Source: Amphiscolops sp. MND2022
Taxonomy: Eukaryota
Assembly (NCBI GenBank): GCA_964187785.1
Contig: OZ076409.1
Coordinates: 54,872,001-54,936,000 of the forward strand
DNA length: 64,000 nt
Direction: 5' to 3'
Shown here: positions 1-11,465 of the stretch, one piece after another
Position numbering within the stretch: the first letter of the stretch is position 1
Layout of the letters: each line of letters begins with the position of its first letter
Notes under the pieces: model-generated
What the model was told of the DNA's origin: nothing
The model's input: the letters and a program-made list of their open reading frames with translations, nothing else
Database searches by the model: none
Made by a program: the position numbers and the translations under genes

Positions 1-439
1 CCCTTTAATCTCGTCCGATTTTGCAAATGCGCGAAAATGCCGGCTGAAGCATGGAATCGAACATACGCATACATTCTGTTATCTGACGAAAAAAACCTGC
101 CACAGTTAATAGTCGCGCTCATTTTGTTAAAATGCGCCTACTAAAAATAGTCGTGATGAAAAGTATTTACTACTTGGTAATCGAGACATAATAACTTATT
201 GAAATGACATGTCTCATTTGTGCCAAAGTTGAATTAATATCGAATTAATAGGTTTCGTTTTTTAGTCAGCACTTTTCTTGAACAGAGCCGACTATAGTCA
301 ATTGCTTTTTGTCAGTGTTTTTTTCCATATTTTTTTCGATACACCTGAAGTGACCAAAATAGGTCTTCCATCACCGGGCGAGAGTAAAGTGTCCCCCCTT
401 TCAAGTTTTGTTTCGAAAATTTTGTTCCACCAAAGGGTA

Positions 440-583
440 CCCTGTTCAATTTTTTCGGCATTGAGACTTTTTTCAAAAAATTTTTTTCGGGTGCTGTAGA
501 AGAGAATACTTTGACACTTTGAAGTTCTTTTGCTATTTTTGAGCCCTAGATATGGCGTCGACTTGGGCCGGTCCCGGCTTGTT
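440..583 (+). repeat. Dispersed non-coding repeat ending in a GC hairpin plus CTTGTT; related copies near 28690-28730, 46400-46500 and 59993-60120 (inverted)
   Basis: Shared motif ttttgctatttttgagccctagatatggcg..gacttgggccggtcccggcttgtt recurs with variation at several places in the window. Confidence 0.6.
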
Positions 584-1196
584 AGTTTTCGGTATTAGTT
601 ACTTCAATTTAATTTTCCGTGGGACTCGTTCTTCCGACGCGCAGATTAGTTAATTTTAAGTAAATACTTGGATGAAGTTGCAAAATAACAGTGAAATACG
701 AAAATAAAAGATCAACAATCTTTCAGATTCGTGGGAAATAAAATTTGTTTTCGGACTCGCCAAAATAGTTGTATAAAGAACGAGTTCCGCGGAAAATAGC
801 AATCAACTGTCTATATTGTACATAATATGAACTGTTCAACCGGTTCATCGCTGGCCACTGATTGCACTGTCAAACTTTGAGGCACTTAGTATTTACATGT
901 CCAAACAAATTGATAATCTCCACTGAAATAAGTCCGGTACATGTATAAAAATTGGTTATAGATTTAAGACTTATTGGTTTGTGATATTTTTTTACATGTA
1001 CACTCTAGGGTACTGAAATTTTTCGACTGTAATTAGTGAATGATGGGCACATTGAACAATATTAAAAAGTAAATAATGACCGGCTTCCGCTCCTAATTTA
1101 GACTCTGCAACTGAATTTCCAAAACTCTCCATGTAAAAAATATTATTTACAAACTTGTCTCGTATTAGTTTTAAGGCTTCCAAAATTAGATGAATG

Positions 1197-2248
1197 CCCG
1201 GGTCGACCCTCCATGGATATCTTAGTAAGATCTTGGCAAGATCTTGCCAAGATCTTGGAAAATTCTTAGCTAAGATCGTGACAAGATATTGCCAAGAATT
1301 GCAAGATGCCATGGTAAGATCTTATCAAGAGAGCCATGTTTCCAAGAAAAATCTTACTAAGAAGCCCAATATGGCAAGAAAAATCTAACTAAGAAGCCGA
1401 ATATGGCAAGAAAAAAATTGCTACGAACTGCTCGATATCGAGAAAAAGTAAAATCAGAAAACCATTAAATTAAGAGTTATGCAAAAATAATCTAGACACC
1501 ACTCTGATTGAACAAAATTACTGAATGATTTTTACAACCATTTCGATATCGATTTTTTTTCAATTGCAAAACTGTCCCCAACAACGGCGTCAGATAAGCC
1601 TTGAGCTGTCATTACCCCAAATAGAGCAATGACCGCCGTGTCTAGCAGTAATAAGGCTGCCAACTAAACAGGCTCAAAGAAAGCTGGAAATATGATTCTT
1701 GCAAAATTTTCAGGATTTTAAGGTCTTTCCTTTGTAACTTTCCGATAGTGGATCTAGACGTTTGAGAGCATATTTCTCCGTCTCTGGAATCGACAGGAAT
1801 GATAAATTACAAGTTTTGAAAAGCCCTCGAAATTACCTTTCATTTGGTACATTCGGCATTTTTCAGTCTTAAACAGGCGAGGAATTATTAGGATTCTCGT
1901 CAAATTTTCTGAAGCCAGACTACGTTATCGTAATTTTTCACGCATTTTTGCATGCAAAATTTTTTCAGCAGGTTTAAGCATTTTGATTATGAAAACGAGT
2001 AGAAATAGTCGTTGTTGGGTGAAATGAGCCTTTAGATTGAGTCTCGGCTGCTTGTACCGAAGGTATAGTGTTTTTTAATAATCTTAAAATTTTGTCCATC
2101 GTGATAAGATACGATCTTGGAATAAGTATCATCTTAGTAAGATCTTAATAAGAATCTTGCCATGGGATCCATGGCTGCCAAGATGTACTAAGAATTTGGC
2201 AAGATCTTGCCAAGACAGCCAAGATGCTAGTAAGAGGGTCAACCCGGG
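1197..2248. mobile_element. Non-autonomous DNA transposon, probably CMC/EnSpm-type
   Basis: TIRs CCCGGGTCGACCCTC / GAGGGTCAACCCGGG, TG on both flanks (2-bp TSD), many subterminal AAGAT/ATCTT repeats, no transposase ORF. Confidence 0.75.
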
Positions 2249-2347
2249 TGTGAACTAGACAAAAATCCAAGAAACTTTTGTTTCTATCATATTACCAAAC
2301 AGGGGTTCCATTCTTTTATCACAGGACTGTACGTAATATGAACTCAC

Positions 2348-2462
2348 CAAGTTTGCCACTAGGCCGTATAGATTTGTTGTAATTTTGTGGCATATACTGG
2401 CAAACTGAATTTGTGATTAGGGCGCTCAGAACAAATAAAACAAGTAAACCAACAGCTTTCAT
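2348..2462 (-). CDS. Probable first coding exon of a secreted protein (signal peptide MKAVGLLVLFVLSALITNSVC)
   Basis: ATG, hydrophobic signal-like stretch, then a strong phase-1 donor G|GTGAGT at 2347; downstream exons not resolved. Confidence 0.55.
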
Positions 2463-4140
2463 TTTAAAAACTCTTCGAGAAATATGAAGATTGGTTAATT
2501 GTTTCACAATGGTGTCACCATTGGTGTACGAAGTTATGAAGCTGATACTGCATACGCAACAGTTATGAGGAGTTATGAAAAGTTATTAAAAGCCTTTATA
2601 AAGAACTGAAAAACTATATGGCTTCAATTGACCATTGAAACAAGTAATTCGCTTTCAGTTTGGTTTTGTGAGATAGGATTGAAAGGGAAAACTGTGAAGT
2701 AGAAAGTGACTACATTTCAGGGAATAAGTAACTTCAATAGCAACGTGAATGCTATAGTATATGGCCTAAATATGGCAAAATTTCAAAGACTAGTGTAATG
2801 AGGTACTTTTTGAATGTTATAACTGAAGATATAAAAGAAAATCTTAGAATAATCGTTGTTAATTGTTGAACATATATTTCCGTAAAATTTTACTGGCCAA
2901 TAAACAAGGAGAAAACAAAATCGGACCGAAAAAGAAGTAGTTATAAATGGAAAGAGCCTCCAGGAGAAAATCGTCCAATGAAAAAACGGATATGAATAAA
3001 TTTAGTAACGCATTAAAGAATATATTAGTTAAGACCTTCGGTTTTTCTTTCAGTCAGAGATGAAACTGAATTCGTGATAAAAGTAAATGTTTGAATTGAA
3101 AATTGGCAGGTAAATTCATCATCAGTTGGCTAAGTTGAAGCTCCGCAGTTGGCATACAAACAGCTCGATTGACTCTTCCTTCCAAGTTTTAATCCGAAAT
3201 GGACTCTTTATAAACTCAATTTAACAAAATGTGATTGATATGAAATAATTTTTCAAAGAACGTAGCTCAAAAGAAACTTCAAAGAGCGGATTCCGCAGAC
3301 CACCAAACTGCACTTCAATGATCATATAACTAATTATAAAATAATAATACTTCCGTTGCCAAGTTAAACTTTCCTGTAAAATCTGAGAAACATTGGAGAT
3401 TGTTGATACTAGCCAGGTTTCACGAAATCTGAGTTCAATGTTTTTTATTTTAGGCAAAGAAGTTGTGTTATTTCAGAACACATAAGTTTTTATAATCTTC
3501 ATAATCATGAATTCAGTTTTTCGAAGGAGTTGCTGGAAGTTCTCGCACTTGGCATATGAAGACTAGGATTAAAAATTTCAACAGAGTTATTTGAAAACTC
3601 GAATGATTTCTATTCCGAAAAAGTTTCCAGAGCCGAAAAATCATTCGAAAAACCAAGAGTCATTCGCTCGATTTCTAGTCAGCGCATTTTGAAATAGAAT
3701 ATGCCCGACTATTGCAGCCACTAGTTTTTTCCTCCAGATGACAATCCTTACATCGAATCCTTACATCAGTCAACTTTTCTACAGAGCGTCCCAAGAGAGA
3801 CAAAACGTGAGAGGGCCGTCGACTTTAGATGCTATCGTTTTGTTTCCTCAACATTACATTTAAAGCGTTCATTTTTCTATGAAAGCAAAAAGTCAAAAAG
3901 CAAAAAAAATGAGTGGAAATTGCATCAATGACGACCAATGGCGGAAAATCTTCATTGCTCCCTGAGAAGCCTTTTGATTGCGATTATTTTTCCTCGAGTG
4001 TGTTTTCGAATTCATATTGGAATGAAAAATCCCTCACTTGAGAAGCTACCAGTCCTGACAGAATCCGGGAAGGAATATGACAAACTTCCGCTACAAAACT
4101 GGCTGTTTACGAAACACGCTGAAGTTGCATGCCATTAAAT

Positions 4141-4206
4141 CAGAGTTTTTACACCGCTAATTAACGGTTTAACGATTAACGGTTAAAATTAGCGGTCAAA
4201 ATTCTG
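4141..4206. mobile_element. 66-bp palindromic hAT-type mini-MITE
   Basis: CAGAGTTTTTACACCGCTAATT ... AATTAGCGGTCAAAATTCTG inverted ends; 8-bp flanks CATTAAAT/CTTTAAAT (1 mismatch). Confidence 0.6.
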
Positions 4207-5042
4207 CTTTAAATTTACAATTTCGCTCAGATTAATCACTCTTGTTCAATGAAAAGGTGACAAAATACGTTCTTTTCCGCCTTTTTTGACAAGATAATCT
4301 TACAGCTTGTCATACCTCATTCGACTTTTCAGCCGCATTAACTTACGTAGCAGATGGAAGTGTAAACAAATCAACACCGAATGTTTTAATATTTATGCAA
4401 GGAAATTGGAATCAGGGAACGAATTTCTGGTGTTGAATTTAAATATTTGTTAGCAGTATCAACTTCAATATTTTCATGTTTGAGTGCGAAAATTTTAGGT
4501 CACACGCTTTTAGGAAACGTTTAATTCACCCCAGTTACATTGAACTCGATACTTACCAAAGCAAATGGTTATTTCAGTATTTTCAGACAAAAGGTTTTGA
4601 ATGTCTCTCCACGTTCATCGCAAACTAAAATGTCATGGTTTCATGTGCTACAACAAGCGCCATCAGACACCTTCGATCTGTTGGACAAAAAAACCAGATT
4701 ATTTTAAACTAAAAAGTCGCTACAGATCTGAAAAAAAATTTACCAAACATTTACCAAAAATTACCAACATCGTAATTCAAAAACAAATATTTTCATTCTC
4801 TTCGTTCTGGCAAGATCAAATTTACTTCGGTTACAAAGTTGATTGATCGGTTATTGGGGGTTTTTATCGTTAGGTGTGTTATATCTAAAAACGACATTAT
4901 TAATGCTCAAACTCAAAAGACAAAAAACCGACACAAGTTAGAGTCGAAGCTCATCCTCTTCTGGCAACATCCGGGACAGTCATAAGGGAGACCCACTAAG
5001 AGTCAACGAATAGGATCTAACACGGCTCTTATCGAAATATAC

Positions 5043-5342
5043 TGTTAACGAAGAGTTCTGCTGATGAAATGAAGCTTGATGAAACGTTATGTTGACAACA
5101 CACAGTTCAGTTTATAAATAGGTATCACTGCTATGTTTTATTAAATGTGTCAATAAACCTGCTCTTCTTATTAGTCGGCACTTCATGAAGTGGAACGCAA
5201 CTTTTATAGTGACTATATTTTTCAATCCACACGAACTGACAGAAATAGTTCTTCAAAATTCTACGAAATTTTATGGTATCAAACTGAACCTTTTGGCCTA
5301 GAGATCTGAACCAAAAACGTTTTTTCTTTCTTCCGCGTAACA
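5043..5342 (-). repeat. 3' LTR of an old Gypsy element (host of the nested insertions)
   Basis: TGTTAAC...GTAACA termini; 5043-5100 matches 28069-28126, which is followed on the minus strand by a PBS-like TGACGCTGCGAG. Confidence 0.6.
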
Positions 5343-5414
5343 TACAATACCGGTCGAGACTAAAGGTTCCCCTCTTTCAGTTTTTTCGACATTGTTAGAC
5401 TTTTTTTGAATTAA

Positions 5415-5858
5415 TTAGTTAATTCTGGGGATTTTTCGACACTGTTTGACAATGTTTGTATACTCCAATGAACGAGTTTTCTCCTTCGCTTGTTGATAAA
5501 ATTCTCCCGCTTTGATGTTTCGTTTGCCCACTTTCACAACTGTTGTGAATCCAAGTAAGTATTCTTTCTCCTTTGGAAGTGGTCTCGGAAGCATCGAATC
5601 TGTTTTGCGATTTCGCCTCAAATCTTCCGATGTGAAAAACTTTATTGGTGATCCCGTTTCAATCATTGTTGAGAAATGTTGGTTAGTTACTTTTTCCTCC
5701 AACCCAAATGCTTGGGCTGCTGTTCCGTTTACATGCAAAACAATGGCATTTTCGTGCCATTCTGAGCTGTATTCAAAATTGTACGCTGGTTGATCAATTG
5801 AAGACATCTATCAAGGGATCTGTGTTTTCTTTGATGTTGCAATGATCGGTCGTTGCAC
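5415..5858 (-). pseudogene. Old Gypsy gag end/protease remnant
   Basis: MIETGSPI (degenerate DTG protease motif); joins 10722+ once the inserted element is removed. Confidence 0.6.
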
Positions 5859-6578
5859 TGTAACGTCCGGCAGTCGGCGTTGCTGAAGTTTTTGAAAATT
5901 TCGATCAAAAATTCGAAATGTGCGGCATCAAACAAACACATTCAAGAGGGCCGACCCGGCAGGTACAAAAACCGAAGAGGAAGCGAAAAAAAGACAGATC
6001 GGAGCCAGACCCAGCCCGAGAGACAGACCTCGTTGTCCCTGACACCCGAAGAAACCCAGAAGAGGCTAAAGAGAACAAAACCACGGGTTGTGTCATACCC
6101 CCAAAGGATGTCCTGGAAGGCCCAAAGGAGATCGAGAACCCTCGCCCGAAGACTTTGGAGACTGCATCAAGATCAGCATGTTTTATCATTTTCAGTACAT
6201 TTGTAGCTATGGCCCTTTATTTTGCAGATTTATGATGGTTCACGATCTACTAGATCCCTGTTTTGCCCATTTTAGATCTTATTCACAGAATTGATGTACT
6301 TTAGCTAAACCTCTGTTTTTGGCCTCGGAAGTATGTGGGAAGTCGCGGGAACACGCTAGAAACCTTAGGATACGTTTTTACAGGCTTGTGGGGCGTGTCC
6401 GGACTTTGAGAGTGCCGGCACGTCGCCTCGGAGCTCTAATTAGAGGAGTCTCGAAAGAAAAGTCCCCCTTGGAGACCATTTTGGGATCAAAAACTAGTGT
6501 CTAGGTATGTAGTAAGACAACGGTCTCCAGTTTAAGCATCCTAGGCATTGTCCTTCTTCCTAGATGTGCGTCGTTACA
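5859..6578 (+). repeat. 5' LTR of the non-autonomous element
   Basis: Highly similar to 9985-10721; TG...CA termini. Confidence 0.9.
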
Positions 6579-9500
6579 TCTGGAATAGTTTTTATGGCGA
6601 CCACAGAGGGATATTTTTCATTTTGCGTACAAGTAGGAGCAACTTCTGCTTTCCGGCCCTGTTAGGTCCGGATCTAGGACGAGCTGAAGGGAGGGTCCTA
6701 GATAATTTTTATAGCTTTTTTCTAGCACTCTGGGCTCTGTGCTAGTGTTGTTCTTACGTTTCCCGCATGTTTTTGAGGTCTATAAGGAGAAATTAACAGT
6801 TTTTAACGGTGTAGCACCTTAATCCTTACTTGTACCTAACAGAAATGCAATTCCCGCCTATCCGGAACGTGTTTTAAAGGGGTTTCCAGCTTATTTTCAG
6901 CTAATTGGCAATGTACAGGGACCGAGAAGACGATTCGTGAACGCCCCAACCAGCTAAGTGCAAGACGTCAGGTACTTCACGTCATCACCTCCCTCTCCCC
7001 TGCAGTGGCCGAATCTACGAGTACAGCTGGGTTATTTCATTCTTATCGCTTTTGAAGGCCCAAAAAGAGTATTCCCAGGCCAGTTCCCATAATAACTAAC
7101 TGAGAAAAATACCCAGAGGGTGTTCCGATCAGTTGTTAAGAAGTTCGAGCTTGAAAACCTCGAAAATAACGCTTTTTATGGCTTAAACCCCGAAACGTTC
7201 AATTCTGAAGAGGGCTTTTTAAGAGGCCCAAAAGTTTTGTTGTCGAGCTTGGGAGTCTAGGACACCACTACCAAGACGGTTTTTTGCTTTCCCCAATATA
7301 ACTTGAAACTTTATTAATCCCTTTCTTTTATTACATACAGGCCTGAGCAGAGGAACCCAAAGACCCGAGTGTTATTGAAATCAAATTAATCATTGAAACC
7401 ACACCAAAGCCCTAAATAAAGTTTTCACACACCTGAACGTTTTTGAAAAAGACCATATGAAACATTGGAATACCGAGAAGTACAAAGATTTCAGCCAAAA
7501 CGAACATTTTCTGTACTGTCCCGATAGTGTAAAAAGTCTAACTTGAATAAAAATTTTGAAGACCTTATTTGGAACCTAAGAGGTTTTGCTTGCCTATTTT
7601 CTGTTAGTACCAAGTAAAACGTTGCAAACGCAGAAAACCGCGAGTGATTCCAACCAGTGGTTGCTGAGAAATAGCCAAAAACAAGCTATTTTTGCGACAT
7701 TTTGGGAATTCGGCAATCACGTATTTTTGACAAGTCGGAATCTCTCCTAGCAGGAAAAACCAAAAACGGATTGCACCATCATGTAGGGCGCAAACAGTTA
7801 TGCTATTAGCGTGATTTTGATGGCGCTACCAATATTACTCGTGGAAAAATTTTAGCCGCAGTTTTGCTCAAAAATCGTGTGAAAATGTCGAAAAAATGGA
7901 ATTTTAGTTGAGCATAGTGCAATACCTCGCAGGTATCACCGCACTGAAATTCTTGCATTTTTGTACGCACGGCCCTAGATCCCGACGACTTGTGCAATTT
8001 GAGCAGCCGGCTACTAGCCAAAGCTGAGAAATTGACATTTTTCTGAATTTTGACCCGAAAAAGTGATACCTCTGGTACATCAAGGTTTTGTCACCTCGGA
8101 TCGCCGGATGTTGATCCAGGCACCTCGCCGCCGTGTTTTTCTGTTGTGTGGGCAAAAGTTACGCTCGCATCCAAACTTTTAGGTGGCTGGGACGCCTGGA
8201 AGGCGAGTTTGACCACTTTTTGTGAATTTCACGACATAGTCAAATTTTCAGTGAACATTGTTAAGTAGCCGTGACACCCACAGGGTCAATTTTGACGCAA
8301 TCGGAGGTTTATTCCCCACGATTCAGCCAGTGTATTAGACGGTGTGAAATTTTCAGGTCGCTAGCAGCGCTAGAAGTGTTTTTCACCTTCCCCGGAGGTG
8401 CATGTTGACGAAAAAATTGTTGATTTTGGGTTTTTTTGCAAAAAATCACATAGTTTTTGTCACTGTACGTGCCAGTGAGGGCCAAGGCGAGCCCAGTAGT
8501 ATACCCGGCGCCCTCAAGACGCCTAGTTGAAGCACTTTGATTGATGCTAAGCTGACCCAAAGATCTCGGGTCTCTGAGAAAGCCTGTCTACGAGACATAG
8601 AGGTGAAAAACCGAAAATGGAAAATCGCCTCCTAACTGCTATCAAAGTCACCCAAGTGCAATCTATCTATTGCGAACATGCATGCGCGATGCTTTGTGTA
8701 CCCTGTGGGTGCTGGAGCACGTTTATAGGCACTTTGAGAGGCTTAGACTTTGAACGCAGTGCGTCTCAAATTAGAACAACAAGTACACTAGTGACTACCA
8801 TAGTTGAAAAAGAACGCTTTTTCTGATCGTACTACGATTGTACGGCAAGAAACCACTTCAAACTCAGTGTCTCTCCTCCTACTCACCCCCAAGGTCTACC
8901 CGTAGTCTCTAATCACATTTTTGTTATTACTTGTGCTCTCCAGAAACAGGGCAGCATGAGTGACAAATGGACTTTTCAGACAATCTAACATCTGTAGCCA
9001 AGCAGGCTTCTCAAAAAATCAGTGTTCGTTGCTCGATTCATGCCTGAGGTGTACCTTGGTTCTCGGTACCACAGTTGTACGAACCATGTCGATGTGAAAA
9101 CACCGGACAAGAGATTGGCCCGGGGAGTACTCGTGCTCTTCCGAGAGAAATTAACACCAAGCATGATGAAACACCTAGAGCTTCGAAGCTCTGAGAACTG
9201 CTTGGCCTGCTGCCGTGCTTTTAGAACTCGGATGATTGCTCTGGAATTTTTTTTAAATGCTGAAGACTGTTCTCATGATCTATCATGCCTGATTTTTGAC
9301 GTTTATTGGTTCTGCTCTATCATCGCTAGTGACATTGTCATCCTCTTGAAAAGCAGTTTATTTCCATCTCTTGCATATACACTGGTGCTTGTACTACCTA
9401 GACAATACTTATATCTGAGCGTACTCTGCTAACACAATAGACCGAATGGGTCCTCAGGTTTGGTGATATTTTTGATTTTTTGAGGCCTGTTTCACAATTG

Positions 9501-9984
9501 GTGCTAGTTATTGTGCAGTTTCTGTTGGCCATGAACATTGCAAGACCACAGCTGTTACTTTTATTTTTCGCTTTTCAAGTGCTATCGTGCATTTTGTAAA
9601 ACCTAACCTATCAGATGGCCCCTGGTTAGTGCCAGACCTTTTGTGATGAGTGCTTTTTATGCAGAAGCAATAAGGTGCTAGGAATTTTGAAAGTTTGGTG
9701 CGAAATTAAAATTTTGAAATTGTTTCGAATATAAGGCTAAGTGTCTAATGTTGCTAATATTTTTCCAGTGCATGAACCCGTTGTTAGTGTGGAATCCAAG
9801 GAAGCCTGCTAGGTTGGCAAAATCTCATGTTTTTGAGCAATAACATGTTTTTGGGCAACAACTTCCATTTACATTCCTGAAGTACCATGTTGCAACAGTA
9901 ACACTGGATCACTGGATGGTGGCAACCAAGATGTGAACGTCCTTTCTCGTTTGTTGAGGACGACAAACTACGGCCCGGGGAGGA

Positions 9985-10721
9985 TGTAACGTCCGGCAGT
10001 CGGCCTTGCTGAAATTTTTGAAAATTTCGATCAAAAATTCGAAATGTGCGGCATCAAACAAGCACATTCAAGATGGCCGACCCGGCAGGTACAAAAACCG
10101 AAGAAGAAGCGAAAAAAGACAGAACTGAGCCAGACCCAGCCCGAGAGACAGACCTCGTTGTCCCTGACACCCGAAGAAACCCAGAAGAGGCTAAAGAGAA
10201 CAAAACCACGGGTTGTGTCATACACCCAAAGGATGTCCTGGAAGGCCCAAAGGAGATCGAGAACCCTCGCCCGAAAACTTTGGAGACTGCATCAAGATCA
10301 GCATGTTTTATCATTTTCAGTGCATTTGTAGCTCTTGCCCTTTATTTTGCAGATTTATGATGGTTCAGGATCTACTAGATCCCTCTTTTGCCCATTTTAG
10401 ATCTTATTCACAGAATTGATGTACTTTAGCTAAACCTCTGTTTTTGGCCTCGGAAGTATGTGGGAAGTCGCGGGAACACGCTAGAAACCTTAGGATACGT
10501 TTTTACAGGCTTGTGGGGCGTGTCCGGACTTTGAGAGTGCCGGCACGTCGCCTCGGAGCTCTAATTAGAGGAGTCTCCTTAGACGAAAGAAAAGTCCCCC
10601 TTGGAGACCATTTTGGGATCAAAAACTAGTGTCTAGGTATGTAGTAAGACAACGGTCTCCTGTTTAAGCATCCTAGGCATTGTCCCTCTTCCTAGATGTG
10701 CGTCGCTAGCCGGTCGTTACA
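9985..10721 (+). repeat. 3' LTR of the non-autonomous element
   Basis: Highly similar to 5859-6578; preceded by a purine tract. Confidence 0.9.
10073..10360 (+). CDS. Possible LTR-encoded 95-aa peptide with a C-terminal hydrophobic anchor
   Basis: aagATGG start; charged body ending ...SACFIIFSAFVALALYFADL*; disrupted in the 5' LTR copy. Confidence 0.3.
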   Translation: MADPAGTKTEEEAKKDRTEPDPARETDLVVPDTRRNPEEAKENKTTGCVIHPKDVLEGPKEIENPRPKTLETASRSACFIIFSAFVALALYFADL

Positions 10722-11465
10722 CACATTCGTGAGAGATGGCGAATTATTCTGCAGTTGCGGCATTTTCATTCTTGTCTTCATATCAACAAAATGTTCCCTA
10801 CAATGTCGAGTCCCTCTGATCTCGTATACGGATTCGTAGAGCTCTGGTCTATCGCGAACACTGGTTCTTTCCTTACTTCATTGTTCTTTCCGAAGCTTTC
10901 TTGCTGCCTGTTATCTCAAAACCATTTGCGACTTATAATGCCTCTTGTGGTTCTATGCAAAATCTCTTGAGCACTGCTTTATCGCTTTTCTAGAAATGCA
11001 TCTAAAACTAAACTTCACTTTTTGCTGTCAATTGTCAAATTTTGCTGCTAGTCCTGCCAAAATGTTCCAAACCTGTCTGAGCGTATCATGTTCCTGCTGT
11101 TTCCGCAAGAAATTGTTTTGTCCAATTTTGTTTTTCGTGGTCTCAGAAACGTTTGTTCACAGTTTTTTGTTCGGGCAAGGTTGTTTCTGCTACTGCCATG
11201 TATGGAAATACCCCAGTCATGATCTTTCTGCCGGCCGATCCTAGTGACAGAAAAAGGTTGCTGACTATTTTCCTCTCCTGTACTTGCTTGTTCAAGTTGT
11301 CGATCAGTGTACCTTGCAAAGCTTCCTTTTTGGTCGCTGTTTTTGTAAGTTCCGGGTTGATACTGAGTACTCGGTATTTTCGACATTCTGATGTAAATCC
11401 CACTATTTTTCCGTCTCTGTTGTAGATAGAATTGTTTGACTAACCCAGAAAGTTGGCAGTCCCGC
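10722..11465 (-). pseudogene. gag: Old Gypsy gag remnant (middle part)
   Basis: LFLSLGSAGRK gag-like segment; CCHC knuckle CRNCRIIRHLSRMC restored across the 10722/5858 junction; frameshifts and stops. Confidence 0.65.

Larger units (their letters stand above)
5859..10721 (+). mobile_element. Non-autonomous LTR retroelement (LARD/TRIM-like), 4.86 kb
   Basis: Direct repeats 5859-6578 and 9985-10721 with TGTAACG...CGTTACA ends; PBS-like TGGCGACCACAGAGGGA at 6595; purine tract GGGGAGGA before the 3' LTR; no gag/pol inside; CAC duplicated at the flanks. Confidence 0.85.

Noticed and set aside
1194..1388. Short ORFs across the AAGATCTT repeats
   Set aside because: By-products of transposon subterminal repeats
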